A DNA stretch of 63,656 nucleotides, filler included, from Rhabdomonas costata (Eukaryota), in the NCBI GenBank assembly GCA_019059605.1. It is 40 parts of 40 records of this genome, joined end to end, with 100 filler letters (N's around TTAATTAATTAA, not from the genome) between each part and the next. Parts side by side here need not be neighbours in the genome. Positions count along the whole stretch, not along the records: positions 51,013 to 52,506 come from JAHMHO010014564.1; positions 52,607 to 54,099 come from JAHMHO010014565.1; positions 54,200 to 55,691 come from JAHMHO010014566.1; positions 55,792 to 57,284 come from JAHMHO010014567.1; positions 57,385 to 58,877 come from JAHMHO010014568.1; positions 58,978 to 60,470 come from JAHMHO010014569.1; positions 60,571 to 62,063 come from JAHMHO010014570.1; positions 62,164 to 63,656 come from JAHMHO010014571.1; 32 more parts are not named here. The stretch is one strand, 5' to 3'. Within the stretch, counting starts at the first letter, position 1. Each line of letters begins with the position of its first letter. The position numbers and the translations under genes were made by a program. Below are positions 52,071-63,656 of the stretch, piece by piece. A model generated the notes under the pieces. It ran no database searches and was not told the origin of the DNA. It was given only the letters and a program-made list of their open reading frames with translations.

Positions 52071-52197
52071 ATGGGCCGCACACGGCAGAAGGGACCAGAA
52101 AGCAAGCCAGTGGTGAGCAAGCTCGTTGAATCGGAGGATGAATCTATCCGTTCCACGTTGGAAATCTCCCCAACTCAAGCGGCTGATCGGAAGCGCC
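52071..52197 (+). CDS. Probable first exon of unknown protein (MGRTRQKGPESKPV...)
   Basis: The ATG follows a pyrimidine-rich tract, and the open hydrophilic frame ends at a gtatgc donor. Confidence 0.35.
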
Positions 52198-52606
52198 GTA
52201 TGCCTTTTGGACGCTGTTTTTTTGGTTTGCCCTTTCGTTGGCAAAAACTCTTTGCGTAGCAGCATTTTCTGGCTTGAGTAAAATTTGAAAATTAAGCATA
52301 AAGTACTCACTTTCAGGAACCCAGGAAGCGAGCTTTCAAAAGAAAAAACAAGCCCCTACAAAAAACCCTGAACACGAAATTTAACCACTAAAACTGCTCA
52401 ACACCAGGCCGTCTGGGAGTCTGAAGCATTCCGTTCCCAAAACTCTCGTTTCGGGCTACACACACCTGCTTCCGGATTTGAGGTGGTAAATGACCTGGAC
52501 GAGCGCNNNNNNNNNNNNNNNNNNNNNNNNNNNNNNNNNNNNNNNNNNNNTTAATTAATTAANNNNNNNNNNNNNNNNNNNNNNNNNNNNNNNNNNNNNN
52601 NNNNNN

Positions 52607-54099
52607 CACGCGATACACCGAGGGGTTCTCGTAGACCCGCTTCATCAGGTCCTTCCACTGCTTGTCCACTGTGCTGAAGGTCTTGGTGTCCTGGGCGGCC
52701 GGAGGGAAGGCGGGAGCAAGTCCAGGAAGGTTGAACAGGGGAATATCCTCCAGTGTCCGCGATAATCTTCGCCAATCTCCGCCAAAGATCAACACCAACC
52801 GTTGTGAGCGGAAACAATCCTTCACATCCCGGGTATATTCTCGGGCGTTTTTTTCAGAGATGTAGTAACTAAAAGTTGCGTCCACAAAACAGGAATGGTT
52901 CGCTGCTCTTGGTATGGATCGTTTTGACATCCGCAAAGGGCTCTAGGTTGACGACTGTATGCACACGAGCTGCAAATGGTAACCGGGTCATTGCAGAGTT
53001 AGGTAATTGAGCCTGGAATAATTTCACCGCATCTGCATCAGACTTTGGGTTGAGGGGGATCATCACTGACCAGTTTCTTGTTTCAGCGCACCTTCCAGAA
53101 CCAAAGAGCGCACTTTCGAATAAGATATGCACAGCACACAAACAAGGAAAAGGCTCCTTTTGGGCTGTTGGCAGCGAAAAGGCGCTGTTTTATATACTTA
53201 GCCGCTCCAAAAGTTCGAATAATAAACTTCAATGTGAGGTAGATTACACCGTAAACTTAGAACTCTGGTGGTGCCCTTGGGAGCTCGGGGAAGCCCGCAG
53301 ATACTCGGCCCACTCGTTGCTTGACCGTAACACTCTGTCTTGGCCCCATGACTCTCTGTACATGTGGCTGACCTGAGGCCACTGCCGAGCGATCTGGTTT
53401 TGGGTGAAGATCGACTCCAGGTACATCCAGTTGCGCTGGAACTCCAGCCACTTGTCCAGGGCCCCGCCGATGTATCGCAGGTCTTCCTCCCACTTCTCCA
53501 CCCTCGTCCGCAGGCCCCCCGTGCAGTACCGCGAGGTCACAATGCTGGACACAGTGACCAGGCAGTCCTCCAGCACCGCTGTAATGTCATCCACGCTGCC
53601 CAGGATGAAGACGTCCTACAAAGACGAAAATAAAAAAGAAGGTCAGCGGAAGAGGGCGTATGTGGGCCACCGAACCGATCCCGCCAGTGATTCCGATCTT
53701 CCCCCTGGCGGCTTTTGCGCAAAGGCCAGCAACAACAAGGCCCACACACGCAGGGCGTTTTTCCTGGTCGGATGTCGTGTACTGGGGTCATCTATAGCAC
53801 TGCTTTGGATGTGGGTGGGCGTCTTCCAACTTCTGCTTCAGCTATCTCCCCATAAGCCCAACTGCGGTTCGTCCCCCCCTCCCAACACACGAACACACGA
53901 ACACACTGTGTAACTGTGGTGGTTTCACTATATGCCAACATATGCCCAGCTCGAGTCCCTGTGGTCCCAGTTCCCAAACCAGTACGCAGACAGGGATATT
54001 TTGAGTGCAGATTCATGCGGTCGCCATTACGCAACCAAACATTCGCATCCACTGGGTCTTCTCCCACCTTGTGATCCTTGTACAACTGCACTACGAACT
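52607..54099 (-). CDS. Axonemal inner-arm dynein heavy chain (DNAH6-like), linker/DHC_N2 region (exons 54099-54068, 53615-53373, 52690-52607)
   Basis: YKDHK|DVFILGSVDDITAVLED...SRY...RVEKWE...WLEFQRNWMYLESIF...IARQWPQ|DTKTFSTVDKQWKDLMKR. Confidence 0.93.
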
Positions 54100-54276
54100 N
54101 NNNNNNNNNNNNNNNNNNNNNNNNNNNNNNNNNNNNNNNNNNNTTAATTAATTAANNNNNNNNNNNNNNNNNNNNNNNNNNNNNNNNNNNNNNNNNNNNG
54201 TGTGGTTGTGAACTGTGATCGTTCTGTCAGATAGCCGAGCAAGGTTGTCCGCGTTCACCGCGTTTTTTGTTGGCAG

Positions 54277-55290
54277 GTGAACCGGCCCAAGTTCAAGACC
54301 ACTGCCCATCTTCTGCGGTGTCTCTTCACGGGAGGGGACCTTCTAATGCGGGACAAGAAGTACAAGACCTACCACGTGCGCAACCCCACGGCCCCTCAAG
54401 TGGTGCTGCGTCACCCCCAAAGGTTCTACAATAGCACCATGTTTATCTGAACTGAACTCACTTTTTGAGGCCCAATGGAACTTGGGGGGGGGGGTAACAG
54501 AAACTGGCTTAATACTTTTTCTAAATTTAGTTAAAAACGGTCAGATAAGACATGCCAGCACTCGAAATGACATTATTTTTGAGTTAGGAGGACGTTGGGG
54601 GTGCCCCCTAATCAAAAGTTAAGTGCTTTTGCTCGGAAGCTGAAGACTACTGCTCGTTGAGCACTAACCAATAGCTTGGATATGGCCGCACGGTAGGACA
54701 GCATAGGACAGTTTGGGGCGAAGGATAAAGGCCAGTTCGCGGGAATATGACATGGGGGGCCTTTAACGACTTTTTTAAATATGCTCACAAGAAAAAATTG
54801 TTTCCACTGGTAATGGTTACCAGTGGTAACCGGTACCCCCCTCCCAAAAAAAAACCACAGAGCACCCCTTTATATGGTAGATGCTGTTGGTTCTTTTTTT
54901 GCAGTAGTAGTCTACTTACAGGTCATCTTTTGGGCGATTTTGCTTTTGTGCTATTTCAGCGAGAAGGCCTTCCAGACATCACTCAAAGAGCAAGCATTGA
55001 GCAGAACATCAGAGCTCACCGCTCATGTCCGTGTCTTGGACCGAACCCATCGGTGGTGATGCGTCGTTTGTCTTGGTGACGCGATTTCTGACGCGACAAA
55101 TCCTGTTAAGTTCCGTGTTTCTGGGTTAGGGTGTGTTTGATTTGGCCATCCTTGTATGATGAGCATGGCTCGGTTGTTGTGTGCGGTGTCGGCTGCTGTG
55201 TTTGTGCCAGGTATCTCTTCTTGCTGAACCGCCGGGAGTGGTGGGCCTCTCTGAGGCGCGGCAACTCCACTTCTCGGGATGGAATGGCGG
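54277..55290 (+). CDS. Unknown three-exon protein fragment
   Basis: Three GT-AG-bounded segments (from 54277, 54960, 55211) join in phase 0: VNRPKFKTTAHLLRCLFTGGDLLMRDKKYKTYH|REGLPDI...|VSLLAEP.... Alternative frames exist. Confidence 0.4.
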
Positions 55291-55632
55291 TGAGCTCGTC
55301 CAGGTAACGACGGGCGCAGCCGTTTATTCTCCCGTCCATTGCTGTGCGCAAGAGTCCGCTGTTTTGCGGCTGAGCAGCGCCCGGCTTAACGGTCGCACCG
55401 CACTTCTGCTTCGCTTCTCATAGGGAGTGCCGCTCCCCGGGGGCGAACAGCTGTGCTTAACGCACGTATTGGCAGCGCAGGCGGACCCAGCTTTTCCAAA
55501 CTTAGACCTGGGTCATTCCCTTCACGTTCGCGTGTGAAGAGGGTTGGTATGTGAAGGGTTGGTGTGTGAGTCATCAGCTGGAACTTCCTAACTACCATGC
55601 ATTGGAGCCTTTTATTGGTTTTATTTTCTTTG

Positions 55633-55684
55633 TGTAAAATTCATTCAATTAACGGGTATTCCGGTTAATTGAATGAATTTTACA
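55633..55684. repeat. Perfect 21-bp inverted repeat at contig end
   Basis: tgtaaaattcattcaattaac-(10 nt)-gttaattgaatgaattttaca. Confidence 0.92.
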
Positions 55685-57888
55685 AAAAAAANNNNNNNNN
55701 NNNNNNNNNNNNNNNNNNNNNNNNNNNNNNNNNNNTTAATTAATTAANNNNNNNNNNNNNNNNNNNNNNNNNNNNNNNNNNNNNNNNNNNNGGGTCACTG
55801 CTGCTTGGCCTAGATGTGGCATGGTTGGTGCTAGGTAGTGCATCGTGGTGTGTGGTCTGCTTCATGCTGGCTTGTGTTGTGTTGGGTCTGCTTGGGCTGT
55901 GTTGGTACTCTTTTTGTTTGCGCTTGAGTTGTGTGGGCTGGGTGGTGCGTTGGGTGAACCATTGCGAGATCTTGTAGATTACGGTAGTTTATTTCGACAG
56001 GCGCTGGGCCTGCGAAACATACCGTCTTGGACAAGAAACGCACACAGACACACACAAACATGTGGTAAGCGATTGACACAGCAATCACACTCCTTCATGC
56101 ATTCTAAGTTGTTTGATGCGCTGGTTTACCAGTAGTGGTAGGACCGGTGTCGCTGCTGTTACCGACACCGGTCAACCCGAACCACAACGTCATATGGTAA
56201 TAGGGTTGGTAGATGTTTGTACGTTAACGTATGCTGGGACAGTGGGGCATACTACCTTTTCGGCTTCGATATGTAAAATCCTCGTTCGGCAAACTCGTAA
56301 GTCCAAATCAAATGCTGCACTTGCGGCCATAAGGTAAAGATCTCCTTCTGAACCCATACCAGGGATTGATGCATGAAGTGGTGGTTGCAAATTACTAGGA
56401 ACGAATGGGACCTAGCAAAGTGTTGGTTTTGTGGGCGGTGCGAAAAACACAATTACTTCTTCCATCGCTGCGCACGCAACTCCTCCTACCCACTCGCTAG
56501 GCACATGACGTGACTCCAACTCAGAAATGCCACTATTACCATGTCCGTACAGGAATTGACCAGGTTGTCACTTGATGCCAAGCCCGACAACTCACACGCA
56601 AAGTAATGTAGAAAATTAACACTCCGCATTACCCCGTGCAAATTCACAAGTTACCCTCACCACGACCACAAAAATGAAATCCCCCAACTCAAACCGGACC
56701 AAGAGCACCGAAATACAGCAACAGAAAACCTGATTTTAGTTCAAGGTCGAAGTCAAAAAGGAAGGCCGACTTACAAACAGGAGAGCAAAAACAAACGACA
56801 TGACAAAAATTTGCGATGCAGATACAAGGTTCGGTTTCTGTTGTACTAGCAACCGTACCAGGAAATGTTGTAACGCGATTACTTTGCTAGTTGCGCATAA
56901 GGCCCTGGAAAAACAGCAATGTCATCGCAATCCTTTGTTATCCAGGTTGCCCGTTACCGGCCGGTTTCTGGCAGCATCCACACCTGGAGTTTAAGCAGGA
57001 GCTTTGCCCAAGGATGACCGCACCAAATCCCGGTGGGATACACAAAAGATGGAAATGGCACCTCTTTCCCAGCGCCGCTCCCCCTTTTTCTTCGGTTGGC
57101 TTTTTTCCTCGCCCTTCTCCTCTCTCGGATTGATCTTTCTTGATCTCCTTGGTTTCCTTGCTTTTGGGCGGTCTTGTTCTTGGGCTTTCTTCTTCTCCCT
57201 GGCCTCCGGTCGACCACGGATCCAGCCAAAAACGAATTTGGAAAAAATTTTACCCGCACCACAACCACCAAACACACCCACCACNNNNNNNNNNNNNNNN
57301 NNNNNNNNNNNNNNNNNNNNNNNNNNNNTTAATTAATTAANNNNNNNNNNNNNNNNNNNNNNNNNNNNNNNNNNNNNNNNNNNNGTGGGGGTGGTGCAGA
57401 GCAATTTGTTTAAAAAGGCCCGGTTCTTTTCTTCGCGTAAGTTTGTATTGGGTGGACTTTCTTCAAAAAGAAAGGGGGACTTGACATGGTTTTTTTGTGC
57501 TTGTCCTCAATTATTGGGCCCTCTTAGCTGGTTTTCATAAAAGGTTCCTTGCTTAGATGAACTGCCATACAATGAGCACCGTAATCGTGTCTGCGTTGGT
57601 ACATGGGACGGCTTTTGCTTGACGTGGCGTGCCTTACCCTCGCCTAAGCTTCTGCCTTCTTTCGATGGACCAGAATGACTCGCGGGAGGGTGAGCAGCGG
57701 CTTTTCCTCTTGGTGTGAGTAATGCCTCTTGACCTGTGTCGCCGTGTATGATTTCGGTGATTTCTGGGTGGACCGTAAAATTCCACCTCCTAACGATTCC
57801 CGTTTTCCTCCACTCTCCTCCCTCCTGTCTCCCCTGTTCCTCCTTTGTGCGCTTGTTGGGTTAATTATGTGCATCGCATCGCTCATAG

Positions 57889-58046
57889 CCAAACCTACGT
57901 GCGGCAGCAGCGGGTACGCCTGCGCCGTGGTGTACGCCCCACTCTCAGCCAGCACGACCTGCGCCTCGCTGAACTGCTCTCAGGAGGACTGCTGCGACAC
58001 CGCGCTGTCCTCCACCAGTTCAGCCGCCCTGACGCTGACCCTCAAC
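57889..58046 (+). CDS. Exon encoding a six-cysteine extracellular module
   Basis: KPTCGSSGYACAVVYAPLSASTTCASLNCSQEDCCDT (C-C-C-C-CC). This frame has high GC3 and is bounded by catag and gtggtt. Confidence 0.6.
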
Positions 58047-59042
58047 GTGGTTCTATGCAACTCCCTTTTTCTTTCTTTCTTGCATGGGTGCGGCAGGGCA
58101 ACCTCTTACCAAGGAGCGTATCATGCACAAGGACGCGCACACTGATGGGGCGCTTTCGACATGGGACGGAGGGAACGGTTATCTGTGAAAGTCAATTTTG
58201 TTTCCAGCAGACCGGTTAGAACCGGTTAGAAAGCAAACATTGAGGCAACGAGTACCGTGCACTAGGACTAGGGGAGTAACATGGTGACGTCGAGAGAATT
58301 TTTAGAAGTTGAGACCGATGAACGGCGAACAAAGACAACTGATTATGAGAGTGAGAAGGGGGGGGCGATCTTAGTTGCGCAGTTCCCACTGTACTCCCCG
58401 CAATAAAATTAATCAGTTTTCGAGGGTATGTCGGATTTCCTCTCGGTTCAGGGCGGCTGAACTGGTTGAGACATTACTGAGTGTAATCATTTTTTTCGAT
58501 GACAGGGTACTTTTGCCTTGGGACCCTCCTGCAACCCAAACCCAAATTCCCGGTTTTCCTTTGTTTGCCACACCCTATTTGTGATCGTGTCTTTGATACA
58601 ATCACATCCTTGTTCTCTGCGAGCCGCGCCCATCTCTCACCCTACCCCTACACCATCACCCCGGCGTCCCACCGGGATCGTCACGCCAGAGAAAGACCTG
58701 CCTTTCGCATAAACTCGAAACAAACACCATCGGCTCAGGTGCCCTCAGCAGCGCCACAGCCACCTCGCGCGTCATCAGGAGCCAGTCGCTGGACTCCGCC
58801 GCTCTGACAAGTGCCAGCAGTCTCCTCCCCTCACCTGCTGAGATTTGCGATGGCTCATGGGAGACAATACAGTTTGTNNNNNNNNNNNNNNNNNNNNNNN
58901 NNNNNNNNNNNNNNNNNNNNNTTAATTAATTAANNNNNNNNNNNNNNNNNNNNNNNNNNNNNNNNNNNNNNNNNNNNTGTGGTTTACTGTAACTTCTGTT
59001 TTTGCCTCCACTTTGGGGGGTTTTTGCTTGTACCTGCTGCAG

Positions 59043-60465
59043 GTTCGGTGGGAGCGGCAAATACTGGACCTTGGAGGGCCCAACTATCTCGCTCGGGCAA
59101 AAAAGGATGTCCAGTTCGAGGGTCAGGAGGCCCAGGGTTTGCTTTCTTCCTCCTCCTTCTTTGGTTTCTTCTTTTCATATGTCTTCAAACATCTGTCCTC
59201 AGACTGATGGCGGGTGAGAGGCAAAGAAGAAAACTAAACGGGAAGAAGAAGGGTAACGCTTGCAAATGCGATGGACTTCCAGATCTGTCACTGCCTCCGA
59301 GCTGTTTGCTTTCCTCTTCCAAGAAAAAGGTAAGCTGCCGTTGGGTTGGGCCCCGAGCCCAAGTTGGGCACAAGCAACTCTCGCATGCCTTTGTTGGCCT
59401 TGTATTACCAGCAGCGACAGCTGACAAGTTGAATTCCATTGTCAGGCGCAACTTCTGCCAACTTCTAGCTGGGCCAATTTGATGCTCCAAGTTTGCTGAA
59501 ACCCGTGCTGCCTGCCGCTGCGGTCACCTCACCTCAGGTTCCAGGGGGTACAAGTACTTCGGAGCTGCGAAGGATTTGCCGGGGGTGCGGGAGCTTTTCG
59601 AGAAGCCCGTCAGTGGGCCAGCCAAGCGCACGCGGTACGAGATGCACCGTGGGGTGACCCCGGACTACTACGGCTACCGGGACGATGACGACGGGGTTCT
59701 GGAGAAGTTTGAGCGCCGCGCAGAGCAGAGAATACGCAAGAAGGTGCCTCCTCCAGGGCTTCTCGCGCCGCTTGTGCTATGCTCTATGTAATCATGTTGT
59801 GCTGAGTGCGGAGCTTTCGATACTTTTCACCGCCCGTGTTGCGCACTGGCAGCACGTCGGTGACGTCAACCTCATGCAATCGATCAGTTGGATGAAAATC
59901 AGCATTTAAAGCGGTAGTACACTATGAGATAGATAGTCTACTTCGTCCTTTGGTGTGCTGGTGAGTAATGTTTCGTTGCCTTCATTTCTGGCTGTCATTT
60001 TTTGGCCGTCCTTCAAACAGAAAACCAAAAATACAACAGACAGGTTTCCTCGCATGGGGCTCTCCGCTCGATTGCGGAGTTAACTGGCAGCAGACATGCA
60101 TTCATGCATTCATTTCCACCCAGGTCATCGAGGAGTGGAAGTTGGCACAGCAGAAGAAGCTAGAAGGCTCGACAGAGGGGGCTCTCCCTGCGGACGACGG
60201 CGGGGAGCTCCTGCCCTCCTCCGTCCCAGAGATCACCACAGCGGAGGAAAAGGCAGGGTACTCCAGCCTGGTCACGGTGCCTTCACAGACTCAGGTTGCC
60301 GGCTCCCTCATTGAAGCCAAGAAGCGCCGCCTGCTGCACCGCCTGGGCATCACCACGGGAGCCCCGGGGGGCAGCCGCAAGGATGGGCGCAGTGGGGAAG
60401 GGGACAGCGCAGAGGCAGAGGACGTGGTGGATGAGGACAGTGAGTCAGACTCTGCGCTGTCCCCC
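59043..60465 (+). CDS. ISY1: Pre-mRNA splicing factor ISY1 (NTC/Prp19 complex) fragment (exons 59043-59136, 59538-59743, 60124-contig end)
   Basis: WERQILDLGGPNY...G|SRGYKYFGAAKDLPGVRELFEK...KRTR...DYYGYRDDDDGVL...VPSQTQV...KKRRLL are ISY1 signature motifs. Confidence 0.97.
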
Positions 60466-61138
60466 ACAACNNNNNNNNNNNNNNNNNNNNNNNNNNNNNN
60501 NNNNNNNNNNNNNNTTAATTAATTAANNNNNNNNNNNNNNNNNNNNNNNNNNNNNNNNNNNNNNNNNNNNGTTGGTTGGTAAGAGAAAGGGCTTGCAAAG
60601 GGAGAGGAGGTAAGGGCTTGCAAATAGGGTAAGGACATTCACAACACATTCCAATACTTCCGTAGGAAGTGGCGTATACCACTGATAGGGTGAATGCGTA
60701 ACGCAGGTATACATATCACGCCTCATTCATGTCACTCGGAACAGCTGACAACCCAAATTTCTCGGAGCCCAAAGCTTCTTAAACAAAATCGTTTTCCCTG
60801 CACCACGGTTACGTCTACGTCTACGTCCAACTGGCCATGATGGCCTGTTGTCTGGTGAGCCGGCACCCCACGCCTGACAACAGAGCTATAATCCTTTAGG
60901 TCGGAAACCCCTCTGGACTTGTGGACGGGTATTTAAAGCAAAAAGCAAAATTTCTGTTTCCATCTTTTCACTAACGCCGAAATCCATCCTCTTTATGCCC
61001 TCTGTTTCCCAAGTCAAAAAGGTAGGAAAAGGGCCTGAGCCTATCCACGAGCTGCGAGAAAAAGCTTCCATGATGAAACAACGAGCGTATTAACCATTAG
61101 AGATTTCGCGCTGAAAATTTGGGGGAGAGTGAGGATGC

Positions 61139-61901
61139 CTTTTGCCATAGATTCCCCGAGCGACTGCCCAACACTTCACGATCTGCGCCACTGTGGTGAA
61201 AGGCTCAGGCTCTGGGACATTCTTCAGCACATTAGACGCAATCCAACAACCAGTGATGGCCCTGTGGCGAAAGGAAAAGAAAGGAAAAGGAAAGGTCATC
61301 GCGGGGCCGGGAGGGGGGCCAGGACAACATTGCAGCCTCCTCGCTATCATGAATATACTCGCGAGGAAGAAGTGGTTCACGATGGCACTCACCAACAAAT
61401 AAAAACGATGAAAGAAACAACGGAATGCTGGCATTCCCAAAATCCACCACCTCCCCAAATTTTTTTTCGGTTATCGTCAAGTAGAGCATGAAAAGTCTGT
61501 GATTTCTGTGCGTCTCAATGCCTCCGCTGCGAAATGAAATGGCCAAGTGGAATTTGTTATTCTTTCTACCGTTCCCAACCACCCTCCTGCAGCTAAACGG
61601 ATACGATACGATAGCTACTGAAAAAAAGAGGGGGAAGGGAAAGAACGAGGGAAAGGGGAAAGGGATGCGAGTAAGGTGTCTTGGGTAAGCGCCACTATCA
61701 AAAGCAAAGCCGTTGGCAGGGTAAAATTGTTGTTCCTTTTCACGGGAAGAGCAAAAAGTACTTTACGGAGCCTTCGCCGTCGCAAAACTTCACGCCCTTG
61801 TTGGAGTCCGCCACCCCCCTCACATCCGCCCTCTTCAGCCGGCACAGCTTGAGATCGACAGCGACCTCATACATCGTGCACTTCACAATCGGCACCTGAG
61901 C
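61139..61901 (-). CDS. Poly(A) polymerase-like nucleotidyltransferase fragment (exons 61901-61762, 61261-~61139)
   Basis: AQVPIVKCTMYEVAVDLKLCRL...SVK|AITGCWIASNVLKNVP...FTTVAQIVKCWAVARGIYG is collinear with canonical PAP (AFVPVIK...IDILFARL...SLNGCRV...VP...F...IKLWAK..IY). Confidence 0.85.
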
Positions 61902-62399
61902 CTGAGCAAACACCCGAGCACACCTGAAACCCGTTGGTTGAAACCCGTCGGACCCGTTGGAGCAGAAACCTTGCGAAAGCTGATAGTAACCCTGATAATA
62001 AACCTTAATAATAATAAAATAATAATAAACCTTATAAACCCTATAAAAATAATGATAACAAACNNNNNNNNNNNNNNNNNNNNNNNNNNNNNNNNNNNNN
62101 NNNNNNNTTAATTAATTAANNNNNNNNNNNNNNNNNNNNNNNNNNNNNNNNNNNNNNNNNNNNGGTGGGGGTGAGAAATATATTCTTGCTTGAGTAGGTG
62201 GGTGTGGGCGTGCCTGTAATCTCAGAGAGTCTCGAGCTGAACCTCCGACCCCCACTCCGTGCGTAAATTCAGCTTGGGATTTGCACATCATAGCAAACTC
62301 GAAGCGTGCAACGTCCACTAACCGGAAGCATGGTTGCTACGGGCGGGGGGGGGTGGGTCGGGCGCCCAGCCATCCCCCGAACGTGCATCGCCTGCCTAA

Positions 62400-63656
62400 C
62401 CCCATGGATTCTTCTCTGCAGGAGTGCTATTGAATGTGCGCTGCCTTCCCAGCTCACCCATAGTGCCGCGACCCGCTCGTTCGCCTCGTTTCTGTGCCTC
62501 GCTCTGTGGTGGAAACTTGTCGATCTACGCCCCTCGTCCTCCCTGCTGGAACCCGAAAGCCCGCCTTCAAGCGGCCCTCAACGCCTTGGTAGGGCTTGCA
62601 GGTGGTTTGGTCGTCTCGCCCGAATTCACGCTTGTCTGCGGTCCTGAATAAAGCAGGGATCGCAGCGAAGGCTGACAATAACACCACAACCCTTTCTCAG
62701 CAGAGCAACAGAGGTCAGACGTAACGACCCCGGAGTTCGCCAAAAGCGGGATTGGCAAATGGTGGTCAACGTCTGCGGCAAGACTCGCTTCTTTCCAATT
62801 ATGCTTCTACTGTGCCAAGAAGAGAGATGTGCTTTTGCCCTTCAAGGACAGATCTTGGATCAGGAAATGCCCACCACGAATCCCATAAGAGAACAGGACC
62901 AGTCAATGTGTCGTTGGGCGGGGGCCCCCTGGTAACTCATATGAAATTAGCCAGCACCCAAATGAACGAGTTGCACTGGTCATGCGGCAATGTGCTTGCA
63001 CTCCACTTCCTGAGCCAGACCTGTTTGAAGAGATGAAGGAGTGGGTTGAAAGTGACTTCCACCAACCACCTGCTCCCGGACTGCTCTTGGAATAAATTAC
63101 AGACACCGGGGTCGGAGATCAGAAGGCTACGTTCCAGGAATGGACGGTCACTTCTTTTGGTACTCGGAGCGCCAACAAAAACGCCTGAGACAAGTTACAA
63201 AAAACTACAGCCACCAATAATTGAGAGGCTGTGAGGTATCAAGTGCTTCATGAAGGCAGAGAAGCTGCTGACCCATCCTATGCGCCACAAGTTATCAGCT
63301 CGTTCAGGCCAGAGCCCAACATGCTAGTCGGACCTATGGTTGCCCAGTGGCAACACGACTTCCACTCACTGGCGAAGAAGCCCGCGGAAAAGTGCGGAAT
63401 ACCTTCTTCCATGCCGGCATGAGCGCGGAGACACTCGGAGACACTCGGGCAGAGGTCCAGCCCATTTGTTGAGCACACCGGTTGGCTCTTTTGGACTCAA
63501 CTCAGTCCGAGCACACGCGGCTACTTGAGAAAGCCTTTGCGATCCCCTATTTGCCGGATTCTACAAGCAGCAGGGCAGCGCCAGCCAGGGAAAGACGTGA
63601 CATGGATGGAGCTTTCAAGAGAATTGAGCCATGAAATCTGGTTCACCCACCACCCC
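62400..63656 (+). mobile_element. Decayed L1/Tx1-like LINE ORF2, APE endonuclease to start of RT
   Basis: LSIYAP (~62520) is followed by a degenerate GDFN-position segment (LVVSPEFTLV...RDRS), then HFFWYSERQQK (~63150), then QPGKDVTWMEL (~63585, SPGxDGxxxE-like). The spacing of about 355 codons fits ORF2. Multiple stops and frameshifts, no introns. Confidence 0.5.

Noticed and set aside
1496..62163. Regularly spaced TTAATTAATTAA repeat resembling an array
   Set aside because: It is an artificial linker embedded in N runs. ORFs ending in X...LIN are artefacts.
1..63656. Gene clustering (two dyneins, ISY1 beside PAP) as a functional locus
   Set aside because: Contigs are independent and ordered by length, so adjacency is meaningless.

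Overview
This window is not one locus. It is 40 unrelated contigs of about 1.49 kb each, joined by artificial 100-nt spacers (N44-TTAATTAATTAA-N44), so no gene neighbourhood can be inferred across spacers. The DNA comes from an intron-rich, flagellated eukaryote. Short exons (mostly 50-250 nt) are separated by GT-AG introns with very degenerate donors. A euglenozoan/euglenid-like protist is my inference, not proven. Phase-consistent spliced fragments can be assigned to a CLC channel, IFT dynein DYNC2H1, phosphatidylserine decarboxylase, alanyl-tRNA synthetase, an FKBP-type TPR protein, STRAP/UNRIP, ARL2BP/BART, an ankyrin protein, a DNAH6-like axonemal dynein, ISY1, a divergent poly(A) polymerase, a SAM methyltransferase, a periplasmic-binding-protein-like ectodomain and a permuted papain-like (NlpC/P60) enzyme. 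There are also decayed LINE fragments. G/T-only contig tails and terminal fold-backs point to whole-genome-amplification artefacts. The most notable biological signal is a long intronless ORF (33485-34576) encoding a divergent HNH_2-like nuclease of Crinkler/RHS-effector type. A second signal is a recurring candidate non-GT donor (G|GCAT), best supported in the poly(A) polymerase. No rRNA, tRNA, CRISPR array or prokaryotic operon was recognised.
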